From: Thermoplasmatota archaeon
GTDB taxonomy: Archaea > Thermoplasmatota > Penumbrarchaeia > Penumbrarchaeales > Penumbrarchaeaceae
DNA: 64,000 nt
NCBI GenBank assembly: GCA_965234725.1
Contig: CBDDUX010000038.1
Location: forward strand, 1-64,000
Reading direction: 5' to 3'
The translations under genes and the position numbers were made by a program. The notes beneath the pieces were generated by a model that saw only the letters and a list, made by a program, of their open reading frames with translations, ran no database searches and had not been told where the DNA came from. Positions 20,296-28,913 of this stretch are shown here, one piece after another. The first letter of the stretch is position 1. Each line of letters begins with the position of its first letter.

Positions 20296-21996
20296 ATGGC
20301 AGCCAAGATTACGATCATTACTGCTGCAGTTCTTATCTTGTCTTTATCATTGCTACTATTCTCACAAAAGGAATCCTTTACAGCCTCTGCCATACCACAG
20401 ATAGTGGATATTGAACAGGAACTCGCATTCATTTCGGTTTCGGAAGATGAGACCGGGTCGCTGGAATTGAACGTAACCATACGATCCCCATCCAACCAGA
20501 ATATCATACTAAACATCGCATCGGAATTGAAGGGGGCTCCTTTCTGGACCGTCGAGCATATAAAAAGCATCTATCTTGAACCATTCGAGGAATGGAAATT
20601 CAAGGTCACTGTCACTGCTCCTGCCGGTGAAAGGGCAGACAAAGAGGTTGACCTAATGATGTCAGTTTCCTCAGACAGCGGTCTTGTAACTGGTGAGGAT
20701 TCCTGCAGATTGAAAGTGCTTCCGTTCCTTTCTACAGAGGTCTCCTCCCAGGTCGACTATCTCCTGGAAAGACCACTCAGCGGTTCATTCCCACTCATCA
20801 TCAAGAACAATGGAAATACAGTATCTCCTGTGGGACTGACCTGGGATGGTGAGATCGAACTGACCTCCGGTGGAAGCATCATGCTCGACCCGGGTGAAAA
20901 GACCACCCTGAACATCGATTACGACATACCAGACGATCTATCGGATACAACGATCTCCATCACTTCGTTTTCGGGAACGACATCGGGAAACGGAATGGAT
21001 GTAAGTTTCATTTTGGAAAGGCCATTTGTCCATATCCTATTCAAAAAAGGACCTTTCCTTGTCCTCCTTCCTGGTATCCTGGAAAAGGATTCCGTCAAGG
21101 TACTCTGCATCGGGGGAGAACTGACCAATGTCGGGATAGAAGTGGTGGATCCTGATCCGGACCATAGTGTGGTAACCGAGAAGGGAGTGAACCTCGATCA
21201 TCTCGAAAGAGAGGACCTCACACTCTCTGGGAAAGACTATTCCGGGACCAAACTCTTAACGGTAGAAGCTTACGGGTTCTGGGGGGAACAGAGGATAACC
21301 TCCAATATCCTCAAGGTACCTGTCACGGGTGAGGATGATAGAAGGGATGGCATTCCTACAGCGATGATATTGTATGCCGGCGGAGGAACCGCGGCGATCG
21401 GTGCCACACTTGCCGGGACCATTGCCTATCTGTATACGGCTTCCGAGATCTTCAGGTACAGATGGCTCCTGATAGCTTTCATACCCCTTTATTCAACGAT
21501 TCATGGGGAGAAGGTCCTTGACCATTTCTTCCGCGGCAGGTTGTTCGAGTTCATCAAAGAGCATCCTGGTGTAACCTTCACTGCTCTGAAGGACCATTTC
21601 GAGGTGAACAATGGAACCCTGACCTATCACCTCCACAAGCTGGAAAGGGAAGAGCTTATTGTCTACAGGAACTATGGAAAATACAAGCTCTTCTATGCTG
21701 ACGGGGTGAGGATCAAAGGGGTGGAAGCCGTGATCTCCCCTATTGACAAGGAGATATTCGACCTTGTTACTGACAACCCGGGGATCTCATCCGGAGCGAT
21801 CATCAGCAATCTAACATCCGAGAGATCTGCAAGAACGATCTCCAGGCATCTCAAACAGCTGGAAAGAAAAGGATTCGTCACATCGGAGAGAAGGGATGGG
21901 AGGAGGGTTTTCTTCATTTCTTCTGACCTTGAACGGGTCCTGATGCCCGGAAGAGGAGTCATCGAGGTGTCAGAAATAGCAGGTCTGGACATATGA
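20296..21996 (+). CDS. Membrane-anchored protein with extracellular Ig-like region and two C-terminal winged-helix domains
   Basis: Signal peptide, beta-rich region and TM, then PLYS....VLDHFFRGRLFEFIKEHPG.TF..L......NGTLTYHL.KLE and a second HTH (NPGIS...RTISRHLKQLERKG). Confidence 0.8.
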   Translation: MAAKITIITAAVLILSLSLLLFSQKESFTASAIPQIVDIEQELAFISVSEDETGSLELNVTIRSPSNQNIILNIASELKGAPFWTVEHIKSIYLEPFEEWKFKVTVTAPAGERADKEVDLMMSVSSDSGLVTGEDSCRLKVLPFLSTEVSSQVDYLLERPLSGSFPLIIKNNGNTVSPVGLTWDGEIELTSGGSIMLDPGEKTTLNIDYDIPDDLSDTTISITSFSGTTSGNGMDVSFILERPFVHILFKKGPFLVLLPGILEKDSVKVLCIGGELTNVGIEVVDPDPDHSVVTEKGVNLDHLEREDLTLSGKDYSGTKLLTVEAYGFWGEQRITSNILKVPVTGEDDRRDGIPTAMILYAGGGTAAIGATLAGTIAYLYTASEIFRYRWLLIAFIPLYSTIHGEKVLDHFFRGRLFEFIKEHPGVTFTALKDHFEVNNGTLTYHLHKLEREELIVYRNYGKYKLFYADGVRIKGVEAVISPIDKEIFDLVTDNPGISSGAIISNLTSERSARTISRHLKQLERKGFVTSERRDGRRVFFISSDLERVLMPGRGVIEVSEIAGLDI

Positions 21997-22023
21997 AACT
22001 TTACGGTCTTTGACCATAGACAA

Positions 22024-22032
22024 TTTAAAATA
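22024..22032 (+). promoter_or_regulatory. Probable TATA box of tRNA-Asn
   Basis: TTTAAAATA about 35-40 nt upstream of the mature tRNA 5' end. Confidence 0.5.
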
Positions 22033-22063
22033 AGAAGTCATTATTCATCGCAACCTACCCTGT

Positions 22064-22137
22064 GCCGCAGTAGCTTAGCAGGTTAGAGCGTACGGCTGTT
22101 AACCGTAAGGTCGTCGGTTCGAATCCGCCCTGCGGCG
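22064..22137 (+). tRNA. tRNA-Asn (GTT), no intron, CCA not encoded
   Basis: Acceptor stem GCCGCAG/CTGCGGC plus discriminator G; anticodon arm TACGG-CT-GTT-AA-CCGTA; T-loop GGTTCGAATCC. Confidence 0.97.
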
Positions 22138-22184
22138 CTTTTTACATCAACATATTATTTGAACAATGAAGTTGGGACAATAAT

Positions 22185-24014
22185 TCATCTATTCCAATTG
22201 ACGGGTTTTTTGGGGATCCTCATCAGGAATATTGTTCCATGTGATACATCATCCTTGATCCACACATCCCCGCCATATCTCTCAACTACCTTTTTCACGA
22301 TATACAATCCTAATCCGGTTCCCCTGTTCTCACCGAAAGAGAAGCTCTCTTCGAAAACCATATCCCTGATGTCCTCTGGAATCCCTTTCCCATTATCTGC
22401 GAAGGATATCAGGACATTCCCATCCTCCTCGACTATCTCCACATTCATTCTGTCCGCACCACCATGGAACATTGCATTTCCGATGATATTTTCCACAACA
22501 GAATCGAAGGCTGAATCAACCAGGACCGATGAATCTCCCTCGATACTGTACTTCAAAGGAAAATCAGCGAGGATCTCTTCGATGGTATCCCTGAGGGAGA
22601 TCTCTTTCTTTTCTTGACCCGAAACCATCAGGTTCTCCAGCTGGTTCATACGCTTTGTGATATCGATCGATTTCCTCACGGATTTGAAGGCCTCCTCGAT
22701 AAGGATAGGATCCAATGTCGATCCCTGCCTCAACATATCAAGGATCCCGAATGCTATTGTCAAACGATTCCTGATATCGTGACGGGTTATCCTTGCTATC
22801 AATCTTAAAATCTCATTCAGATCGATGAGTTCTTCTTGTGCTCTCTTCAAAGTAGAAACATCCCACGATACAACACTGATAACATTCCTTTCATTGTATT
22901 CGATGAGACTTGCGGAAACCTCCACATCAATTGTCTTTCCTTCCTTTGTTCTGTATATTCTTGGTCCTACAAATCCATACTGCCTGGATGGAAGTTCTTC
23001 TATCTTGATATTGACATCATCCTTCGAATGGTCAATGAAATCATAGGGTGTCATCCCCTTCAGTTCCTCACCGGAATATCCCAGGAGGTCCTGCAATGTG
23101 GTATTGCTCTCTATTATCCTCATGGTCTCCTGATCCACAAGGTAGATATTATTGGGACTGTGCTCCAAGACCGCCATATATTTCTGTTCACTACCCTTTA
23201 AGTTCAAAAGTGCCCGATTTTTCTCCGTAACATCCATATGGATCCCGGAGATGTAAAGGGGCTTTCCATTCTCATCCCATTCCTGTATCTGTCCCAGATC
23301 CAGAAACCATTTCCATGAACCATCCTTACATCTCAACCTGTATTCAACTGTGAAATTCTCCGACCTCCCCTCAAGATGATCGGATTTCCTCCTGTTGAAT
23401 TCCTCGACATCATCGGGGTGAATGCTATCTTTCCAGGTTTCAGAGGTAAATTCTCTCTCACCTGGTTCGTAACCAAGAAGTGTTGACCATTTCTCATCGA
23501 ATTCTATTCTCATATTCACGAGGTCCCATTCCCAGATCGCAATGTTCGCACCTCTGTAGGCCAGGTCCAGTTTCTTTTCGCTCAGGGATAGGTTTTCCTG
23601 GATTCTTTTCATCTCGGATATATCAAGTGCGGTGATCAGCAGATATTGAATCCCTTCCAAGTTTACAAGGTCGGCATCGATCCTTAGTATCCTTGTTTCT
23701 CCATCCTTTCTGAATACCGGGATCTCTATCGGTTGTTCGGTATCGGGATCCTTCAATAATCTTGCTGCAGCCTCCAGGACCTCTTCCATATGCTCTTCAT
23801 CGGTGAGTTCCCAGAAATCCATACCTCTGAGTTCTTCAAGAGAAAAACCGGTATATTCAAGGACTTTGGGATTGGCATAGATGATCTTTGTATCCTTGAC
23901 AATTGCCATCCCGTGTCTGGTCTTGTCAAGAAATAACCTGATCACTTCCGAAATTTCGGCCTCGGTATCAGACATCCCATCAAGAGAATTATCATTCTCT
24001 AACCTTGAAGGCAT
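22185..24014 (-). CDS. Cytoplasmic PAS-domain sensor histidine kinase (3 PAS/PAC)
   Basis: PAS motifs (YANP, IHPDD...EYRLRCKDGSWKW); H-box TRHDIRNRL; N-box ENIIGNA; DNGKGIP; GTGLGLYIVK. Confidence 0.92.
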   Translation of the reverse strand: MPSRLENDNSLDGMSDTEAEISEVIRLFLDKTRHGMAIVKDTKIIYANPKVLEYTGFSLEELRGMDFWELTDEEHMEEVLEAAARLLKDPDTEQPIEIPVFRKDGETRILRIDADLVNLEGIQYLLITALDISEMKRIQENLSLSEKKLDLAYRGANIAIWEWDLVNMRIEFDEKWSTLLGYEPGEREFTSETWKDSIHPDDVEEFNRRKSDHLEGRSENFTVEYRLRCKDGSWKWFLDLGQIQEWDENGKPLYISGIHMDVTEKNRALLNLKGSEQKYMAVLEHSPNNIYLVDQETMRIIESNTTLQDLLGYSGEELKGMTPYDFIDHSKDDVNIKIEELPSRQYGFVGPRIYRTKEGKTIDVEVSASLIEYNERNVISVVSWDVSTLKRAQEELIDLNEILRLIARITRHDIRNRLTIAFGILDMLRQGSTLDPILIEEAFKSVRKSIDITKRMNQLENLMVSGQEKKEISLRDTIEEILADFPLKYSIEGDSSVLVDSAFDSVVENIIGNAMFHGGADRMNVEIVEEDGNVLISFADNGKGIPEDIRDMVFEESFSFGENRGTGLGLYIVKKVVERYGGDVWIKDDVSHGTIFLMRIPKKPVNWNR

Positions 24015-24133
24015 CGAAGGTGACCCCTATTCGTATCATGAAAAACCATTGGATCTCCTTAATATGTTTTCCACCATGGTATCAAATCAGGTTACCCAGT
24101 CTCCGGGTTTCCTTCTGAAGGATATCGAAATAC

Positions 24134-24784
24134 TCATACCTTCTTGATAAGGTCAAGGATCATCTTCTCGGGGGCGGCCCCTTCCTGATGATGAGCCTCA
24201 TTTATTACCGTTCGAGGAACGCCCATTACCTTGTATTTTTGTGAAAGGTCCGGGAATTCCTGTGCTTCCACCATATCAGCTGTGATCCTGTCATTTAAAA
24301 TTGCCATGTGATGAGCAAGAACAACTGCCCGAGGACAGTATGGACATGTCGGTGTTACGAAAACCTGTAAATGAATATCCTTTTCCAGATTCTTGAGGTA
24401 TTCCTGTCCTTCCTCGGAGATACCAACGATACCTCTTGAGATTGTCAAGATCGAATCCAGTAGAGATGTGAACTCGTATCCAGCCGGAATTCCAAAGAAC
24501 CTGATACCAAGATATTTTCCATTCCTATCCGATCCTTTAAGAGGAACGATCGCCGGGACCTTGTCAACTCCATAGGTTTCCGATGTCACAGGATCCTCAT
24601 CAGTATCTATCTCCTCGAAGGTTATCCCATCGCTCAGACCTGATAACTCCTCCACTATCATCCTTGTATCATTGCACATGGAACAGTCTGTCTTTTTAGT
24701 GAATACCAAAATGTGGACTGGTTCATCCATCTCCAACAAAGATTCTCTCACCTTCTCAGCTGTCTCTTCGTCCATTAACGACAT
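24134..24784 (-). CDS. Protein disulfide oxidoreductase (PDO / AhpF-N-like, two thioredoxin folds)
   Basis: CSMC and TPTCPYCP sites, RFFGIPAGYEF, VMGVP. Confidence 0.92.
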   Translation of the reverse strand: MSLMDEETAEKVRESLLEMDEPVHILVFTKKTDCSMCNDTRMIVEELSGLSDGITFEEIDTDEDPVTSETYGVDKVPAIVPLKGSDRNGKYLGIRFFGIPAGYEFTSLLDSILTISRGIVGISEEGQEYLKNLEKDIHLQVFVTPTCPYCPRAVVLAHHMAILNDRITADMVEAQEFPDLSQKYKVMGVPRTVINEAHHQEGAAPEKMILDLIKKV

Positions 24785-24869
24785 ATATAGATCTCCTTGT
24801 TTCGACTAGGACTATTAAAAGGTGTTTAATAACGTTTGTGCATAAAATTCACATAACCGATCGGTACGA

Positions 24870-25325
24870 TCAAGACCGTGACCACATATCGTCCGGGAGG
24901 TCCTCATATATCTCCTCCCCTCCGAGTCCCATATCCCCTTCCTGGCAGGTAAGATCTCCCGAGGTCAGGTCAGCGATATACTTCTTCTTCAGGGTCCAGT
25001 AATTTATCCTCCACTCCCTGCCATCATAAAGGGTCGTCTCTTCCCTCTCCGTCTTGAGGATCCCAAGGTCCTCAAGCATGTAGAATATATCCCTGTCATC
25101 GGTCTTTAGCATGTTGTCTATGATCCTTTCCCCGAATCCAAAAAAGTTGAGTACATGCTCGGCCATTTCCTCAGCCACATCGCATTCTATCTTCTCTTCC
25201 TCGTTCTTCCTGCTGAATGAGGACTGAATAGCCCTTGACAGGACCAACCTTGAAATTACATCATCCCTTCCACCTGGAAAGTAAGGTTTGCTTCCCTGGA
25301 GGGGTACATCATATATTATAGGCAT
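24870..25325 (-). CDS. DUF6015-like protein (Thermoplasmatota; probable winged helix)
   Basis: AEHVLNFFGF..RIIDN.L...DRDIFYMLED.GIL.TEREETTLYDGREWRI.YW and IYEDLPDDMW. Confidence 0.75.
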   Translation of the reverse strand: MPIIYDVPLQGSKPYFPGGRDDVISRLVLSRAIQSSFSRKNEEEKIECDVAEEMAEHVLNFFGFGERIIDNMLKTDDRDIFYMLEDLGILKTEREETTLYDGREWRINYWTLKKKYIADLTSGDLTCQEGDMGLGGEEIYEDLPDDMWSRS

Positions 25326-25458
25326 TTAAGATCAGACCTGTAGAAACACAACTCCTACCTTAAGTGTATTGTTTTGTTCCATATTTAATGTTCTCCTAAT
25401 TCCATGTTGAAATTGTCTTTTTGTTACAATGTAACGGAAAAAGCTTTTACCATCATCC

Positions 25459-26679
25459 ATGGATGGTTTCCCGAGGATGAGTGCAATGTCTGGTATTTCT
25501 GTATCAGAGCGTACTGTAAAGATAATTGTGATAACACTATCCATTGCGGGAGTGCTCGGTCTGGTAGTGCTTGCTCAATGGTCTGAAACTCCGCAGGTGA
25601 ATATTTCTGAACTCCAGGACCATGAAGGAGAAACCGTCAGGTCATATGGATTGGTTATAGGACAGGATCTTCTTTCTTCCGGAGCTTCCAGACTTCTGTT
25701 GGTGGATGGGAATGAGACAGCAGAAATATACATTGAAAGATCCTCCAATGAATATCCTTCGGGAACAAACATAAAGGTAAAAGGTGAGGTCTTCAGTTCT
25801 GATGGGAGCTTCTCGATAACAGTACAATCCGACAGTGGGATCCAGAAAATAGGTGAAATGGAGGAAATCGCATTTGGGAGGGATTCCATCACGGGCTCGA
25901 TAGTCACTTTCCAGGGAAACCTTGTCAGCAAGGATTCAGGAGGGTGGAATGATGAGGAATGTATCATTATGGTGGAGGGAGATGATGGCCCGCTCTTTGT
26001 TGATGTTACCATATCCAGAGTAGATGAGGAATTCCACAACGGAGACCTCATTTCATTTTCTGGATATCTTTGGGAGGGGGGAGATGTACTTTGTTACGGC
26101 GACTCATCCGCTGAGCTCATATACAGACCTGAATCGGCTACCAGTTCTCTGGTCGCTTTGATAGATAGACTGAAAGATGATCAAAATGACATACCCGCAG
26201 GAAAGATGAATATCCTCTCATATGTGAAGTATGAGCCTGTTTCAAAGAGTCTTTATGTAAGTGACGAGGTGGAAGGATCCGCGATCTCCGTGAAGGTCAT
26301 TCTTCCGGATCCGGATCCTCTGATCCATAAGGGAGATCTTATCGAGCTCATCAATACTACAATACTTTGGGATCCTCAATCACTGAGATACGAATTCCAT
26401 GCCGAGTGGGCTTCGGTAATAATGCCGTACGGTCCCTGGAGACTCGGACTGGATAATCTGGACTTCGGGGTCTCATCCTATGAAAACACCGAAGTGATCC
26501 TGACAGGGGAGCCGGTATTGACAGGTGATGAACAATTTCTCTATAACGGTAATTCCAGGATCGAACTGAGATCCATTGATACCATCCCAATGGGAAGGGA
26601 CATTGAACTGAGAGGATACATACGTTTTGACCCTCTGACCAATTCATTTTACCTGGAGGTTATGGAGGTCAATGGATGA
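25459..26679 (+). CDS. Membrane-anchored protein with multiple OB-fold-like domains
   Basis: N-terminal TM, then V.ISEL..HEGETV...G.V, G..IKVKGEV, GDLISFSGYL and G.DIELRGYI OB-type strands. Confidence 0.6.
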   Translation: MDGFPRMSAMSGISVSERTVKIIVITLSIAGVLGLVVLAQWSETPQVNISELQDHEGETVRSYGLVIGQDLLSSGASRLLLVDGNETAEIYIERSSNEYPSGTNIKVKGEVFSSDGSFSITVQSDSGIQKIGEMEEIAFGRDSITGSIVTFQGNLVSKDSGGWNDEECIIMVEGDDGPLFVDVTISRVDEEFHNGDLISFSGYLWEGGDVLCYGDSSAELIYRPESATSSLVALIDRLKDDQNDIPAGKMNILSYVKYEPVSKSLYVSDEVEGSAISVKVILPDPDPLIHKGDLIELINTTILWDPQSLRYEFHAEWASVIMPYGPWRLGLDNLDFGVSSYENTEVILTGEPVLTGDEQFLYNGNSRIELRSIDTIPMGRDIELRGYIRFDPLTNSFYLEVMEVNG

Positions 26680-28034
26680 TAGAGACCATTCTATTGATCT
26701 CGATAACTGCTCTCCTTGGTACTTGCTTAGGTGTCCTGACCGGACTTATACCCGGTCTGCATGTGAACAATGTGGCGATCATTCTGCTTTCCATATCACC
26801 TCTGGCTGCTGAAGGATTGATGGACCTTCTCGGACTCGATCAGTATACGGTCCTTCTCATGGTATCTGCAGCGATCGTAGCAACCTCCATGGCCCATACA
26901 TTCCTTGATTTCATACCTTCGACCTTCCTGGGCGCACCGGAACCGGAAACCGCTCTTTCGGTACTACCGGCACATGGAATGCTGATGGAGGGAAATGGGT
27001 TCAGGGCCGTATTCCTTTCAGCAGTTGGTAGTTTCGGAGCTGTTGTAGTCGGATGCCTTCTTCTGATACCTTACAGGCTCATGGTCAATGAACCGGTGAA
27101 CGGTTATGCTGCCCTGAAGGAATACATGGTATGGGTCCTGATAGGTGTTGTTATCCTGATGCTTGTCACCGAAACATCGAAGATTCCCTATATTAGAAAA
27201 AAGGAGGAAGGAGGAGAGGTCAAATGGTCAGAAGGGAGATTCTCAAGGACTTTGGGCGTAGTACTTGCAATGTTCCTATTTCTGCTTTCAGGGATCCTTG
27301 GACTTGCTGCACTGGACCTGAAGGTCACATCTCCTTTCGGCCTTCCGGCAACAGTCCTGTTTCCACTATTATCCGGTCTTTTTGGAACTTCCACACTTAT
27401 AGAGAGTCTCAGAGGAGGAGCGGAGGTGCCTGACCAGATCACAGAACAAGGGGAGGTCGATCTGACCGAGGCCGCTGGTTCTGTAACTTCCGGAGGGATA
27501 GCGGGTTCCGTAGTTGGATTCCTTCCGGGAATGAGCGGGGGAGTTGCCACGATAATTGCAATGTTGTTCAGGAAGGACCCGTCACCTTCTTCGGTCATTT
27601 TGACGCTTTCAGCCATCAATACGGCCAATTCTTTCTTTGTTCTGTCCGCATTATTTCTCATTCTCAGACCGAGGTCCGGAGCTGCGATAGTGGTGAATGA
27701 ACTGATCGATGCTACGGAATGGACCTCTCTTTCACCACCTATAGACCTGACACTCCTCATGATCTCGGCATTGATAGCTTCCACGCTTGGGTTCTTCCTA
27801 ACCATCTTCCTCGGACGCAAACTGGCCAATCTTCTACCCAAGGTGCCTTATCATTTACTTGTGAAGAGTATAATCGGTTTCATAATTACCATGGTCTTTG
27901 TCTTCACAGGACCTATCGGTTTATTTGCCCTTCTTGTGGCAACCGCGGTAGGAATGATAGCCCCTTTGATCGGAATAAGGAGGTCGCATGCCATGGGAGT
28001 CCTTCTGCTGCCAGTTATCGTGATGCTCTGGTGA
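26676..28034 (+). CDS. TctA/DUF112-family permease (archaeal type)
   Basis: TGLIPGLHVN, HTFLDFIPSTFLGAP...ALSVLPAH, LFPLLSGLFG, GFLPG, RPRSGA, IRRSHAMGVL; ATGA overlap with the upstream gene. Confidence 0.9.
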   Translation: MIETILLISITALLGTCLGVLTGLIPGLHVNNVAIILLSISPLAAEGLMDLLGLDQYTVLLMVSAAIVATSMAHTFLDFIPSTFLGAPEPETALSVLPAHGMLMEGNGFRAVFLSAVGSFGAVVVGCLLLIPYRLMVNEPVNGYAALKEYMVWVLIGVVILMLVTETSKIPYIRKKEEGGEVKWSEGRFSRTLGVVLAMFLFLLSGILGLAALDLKVTSPFGLPATVLFPLLSGLFGTSTLIESLRGGAEVPDQITEQGEVDLTEAAGSVTSGGIAGSVVGFLPGMSGGVATIIAMLFRKDPSPSSVILTLSAINTANSFFVLSALFLILRPRSGAAIVVNELIDATEWTSLSPPIDLTLLMISALIASTLGFFLTIFLGRKLANLLPKVPYHLLVKSIIGFIITMVFVFTGPIGLFALLVATAVGMIAPLIGIRRSHAMGVLLLPVIVMLW

Positions 28035-28841
28035 TCAGGAACTGCCAGGAGGTCTAACATGACCTATCTTCCTTGCTGGCACTCCCGTCCATATCTCATA
28101 GGGTCCTATCCTCGTATTCTTTGTCACGATGGAGTATGCTCCTACGATGCACCCCTTTCCAAGATGAGAACCAGGAAGGATCAGTGAAGATTGACCGATA
28201 TCAACATCATCCTCTATGACAACCTTCCTGAGGATCAGAACACCTCTCTCACCCACGTGCCCCAGGACCATTACATCACCTCCGAAGGTTACATTCCTTC
28301 CAACCGTTATGAGGTCCGGGTCATGGAGATAGGTCGTATTGATGATGGTACCCTTTCCGATCTTCATCCCCATCAATCTGTAGAACATCACTATAAGGAC
28401 CGTGGTCCTCGTAAGTTCAAGGAATAGATGCCTGTTGAAGAGGATAATGCCGTTGACCACCGACCAGTATCCTGCAACGGGAGATATGTAGGGATACTCG
28501 CCCTCCCTTTGATGCGAGAATAGACCCAATCCCCACTTCAAGGCAGGTCCGAATATCAGAAGTCCGATCCCGAAAATGAGATAAGAAGCTCCGAAGGAAG
28601 CCCCAAGGACCATTACATCCAGCAGAGGAAATGGTGTGGACCCCATGTAATTTTCCAGAGCGAACCGTAACAGATAAATGGGCGCCACAAGTGAAGAGGT
28701 GATCAGGACCAAAGCTATAAGGAAAAGTGGTATCCAGGTGAACGAGGTGGCAATACGAAATATTAATGGTACCTTCCACCCTCGTTGGTGATATATCTCC
28801 TCTCGGGATGGAACGGAATGGTCAATGTACTTTCCTGCCAA
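28035..28841 (-). CDS. Membrane-bound hexapeptide-repeat (left-handed beta-helix) acyltransferase
   Basis: Two TM helices, then FYRLMGMKIGKGTII...DPDLITVG.NV...VVIEDDVDIG..SLILPG...IVGA.SIV...W.GVPA. Confidence 0.8.
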   Translation of the reverse strand: MAGKYIDHSVPSREEIYHQRGWKVPLIFRIATSFTWIPLFLIALVLITSSLVAPIYLLRFALENYMGSTPFPLLDVMVLGASFGASYLIFGIGLLIFGPALKWGLGLFSHQREGEYPYISPVAGYWSVVNGIILFNRHLFLELTRTTVLIVMFYRLMGMKIGKGTIINTTYLHDPDLITVGRNVTFGGDVMVLGHVGERGVLILRKVVIEDDVDIGQSSLILPGSHLGKGCIVGAYSIVTKNTRIGPYEIWTGVPARKIGHVRPPGSS

Positions 28842-28913
28842 GAGAAAACACCCTGATATTGGAACGATACATGTTCAAATTGCTATTAACACTTTTCACC
28901 TGGACTAAGATCA

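Noticed and set aside
22064-24014. Integrated element at tRNA-Asn
   Set aside because: I saw no integrase and no duplicated tRNA 3' end in the window; the downstream kinase gene looks compositionally native.
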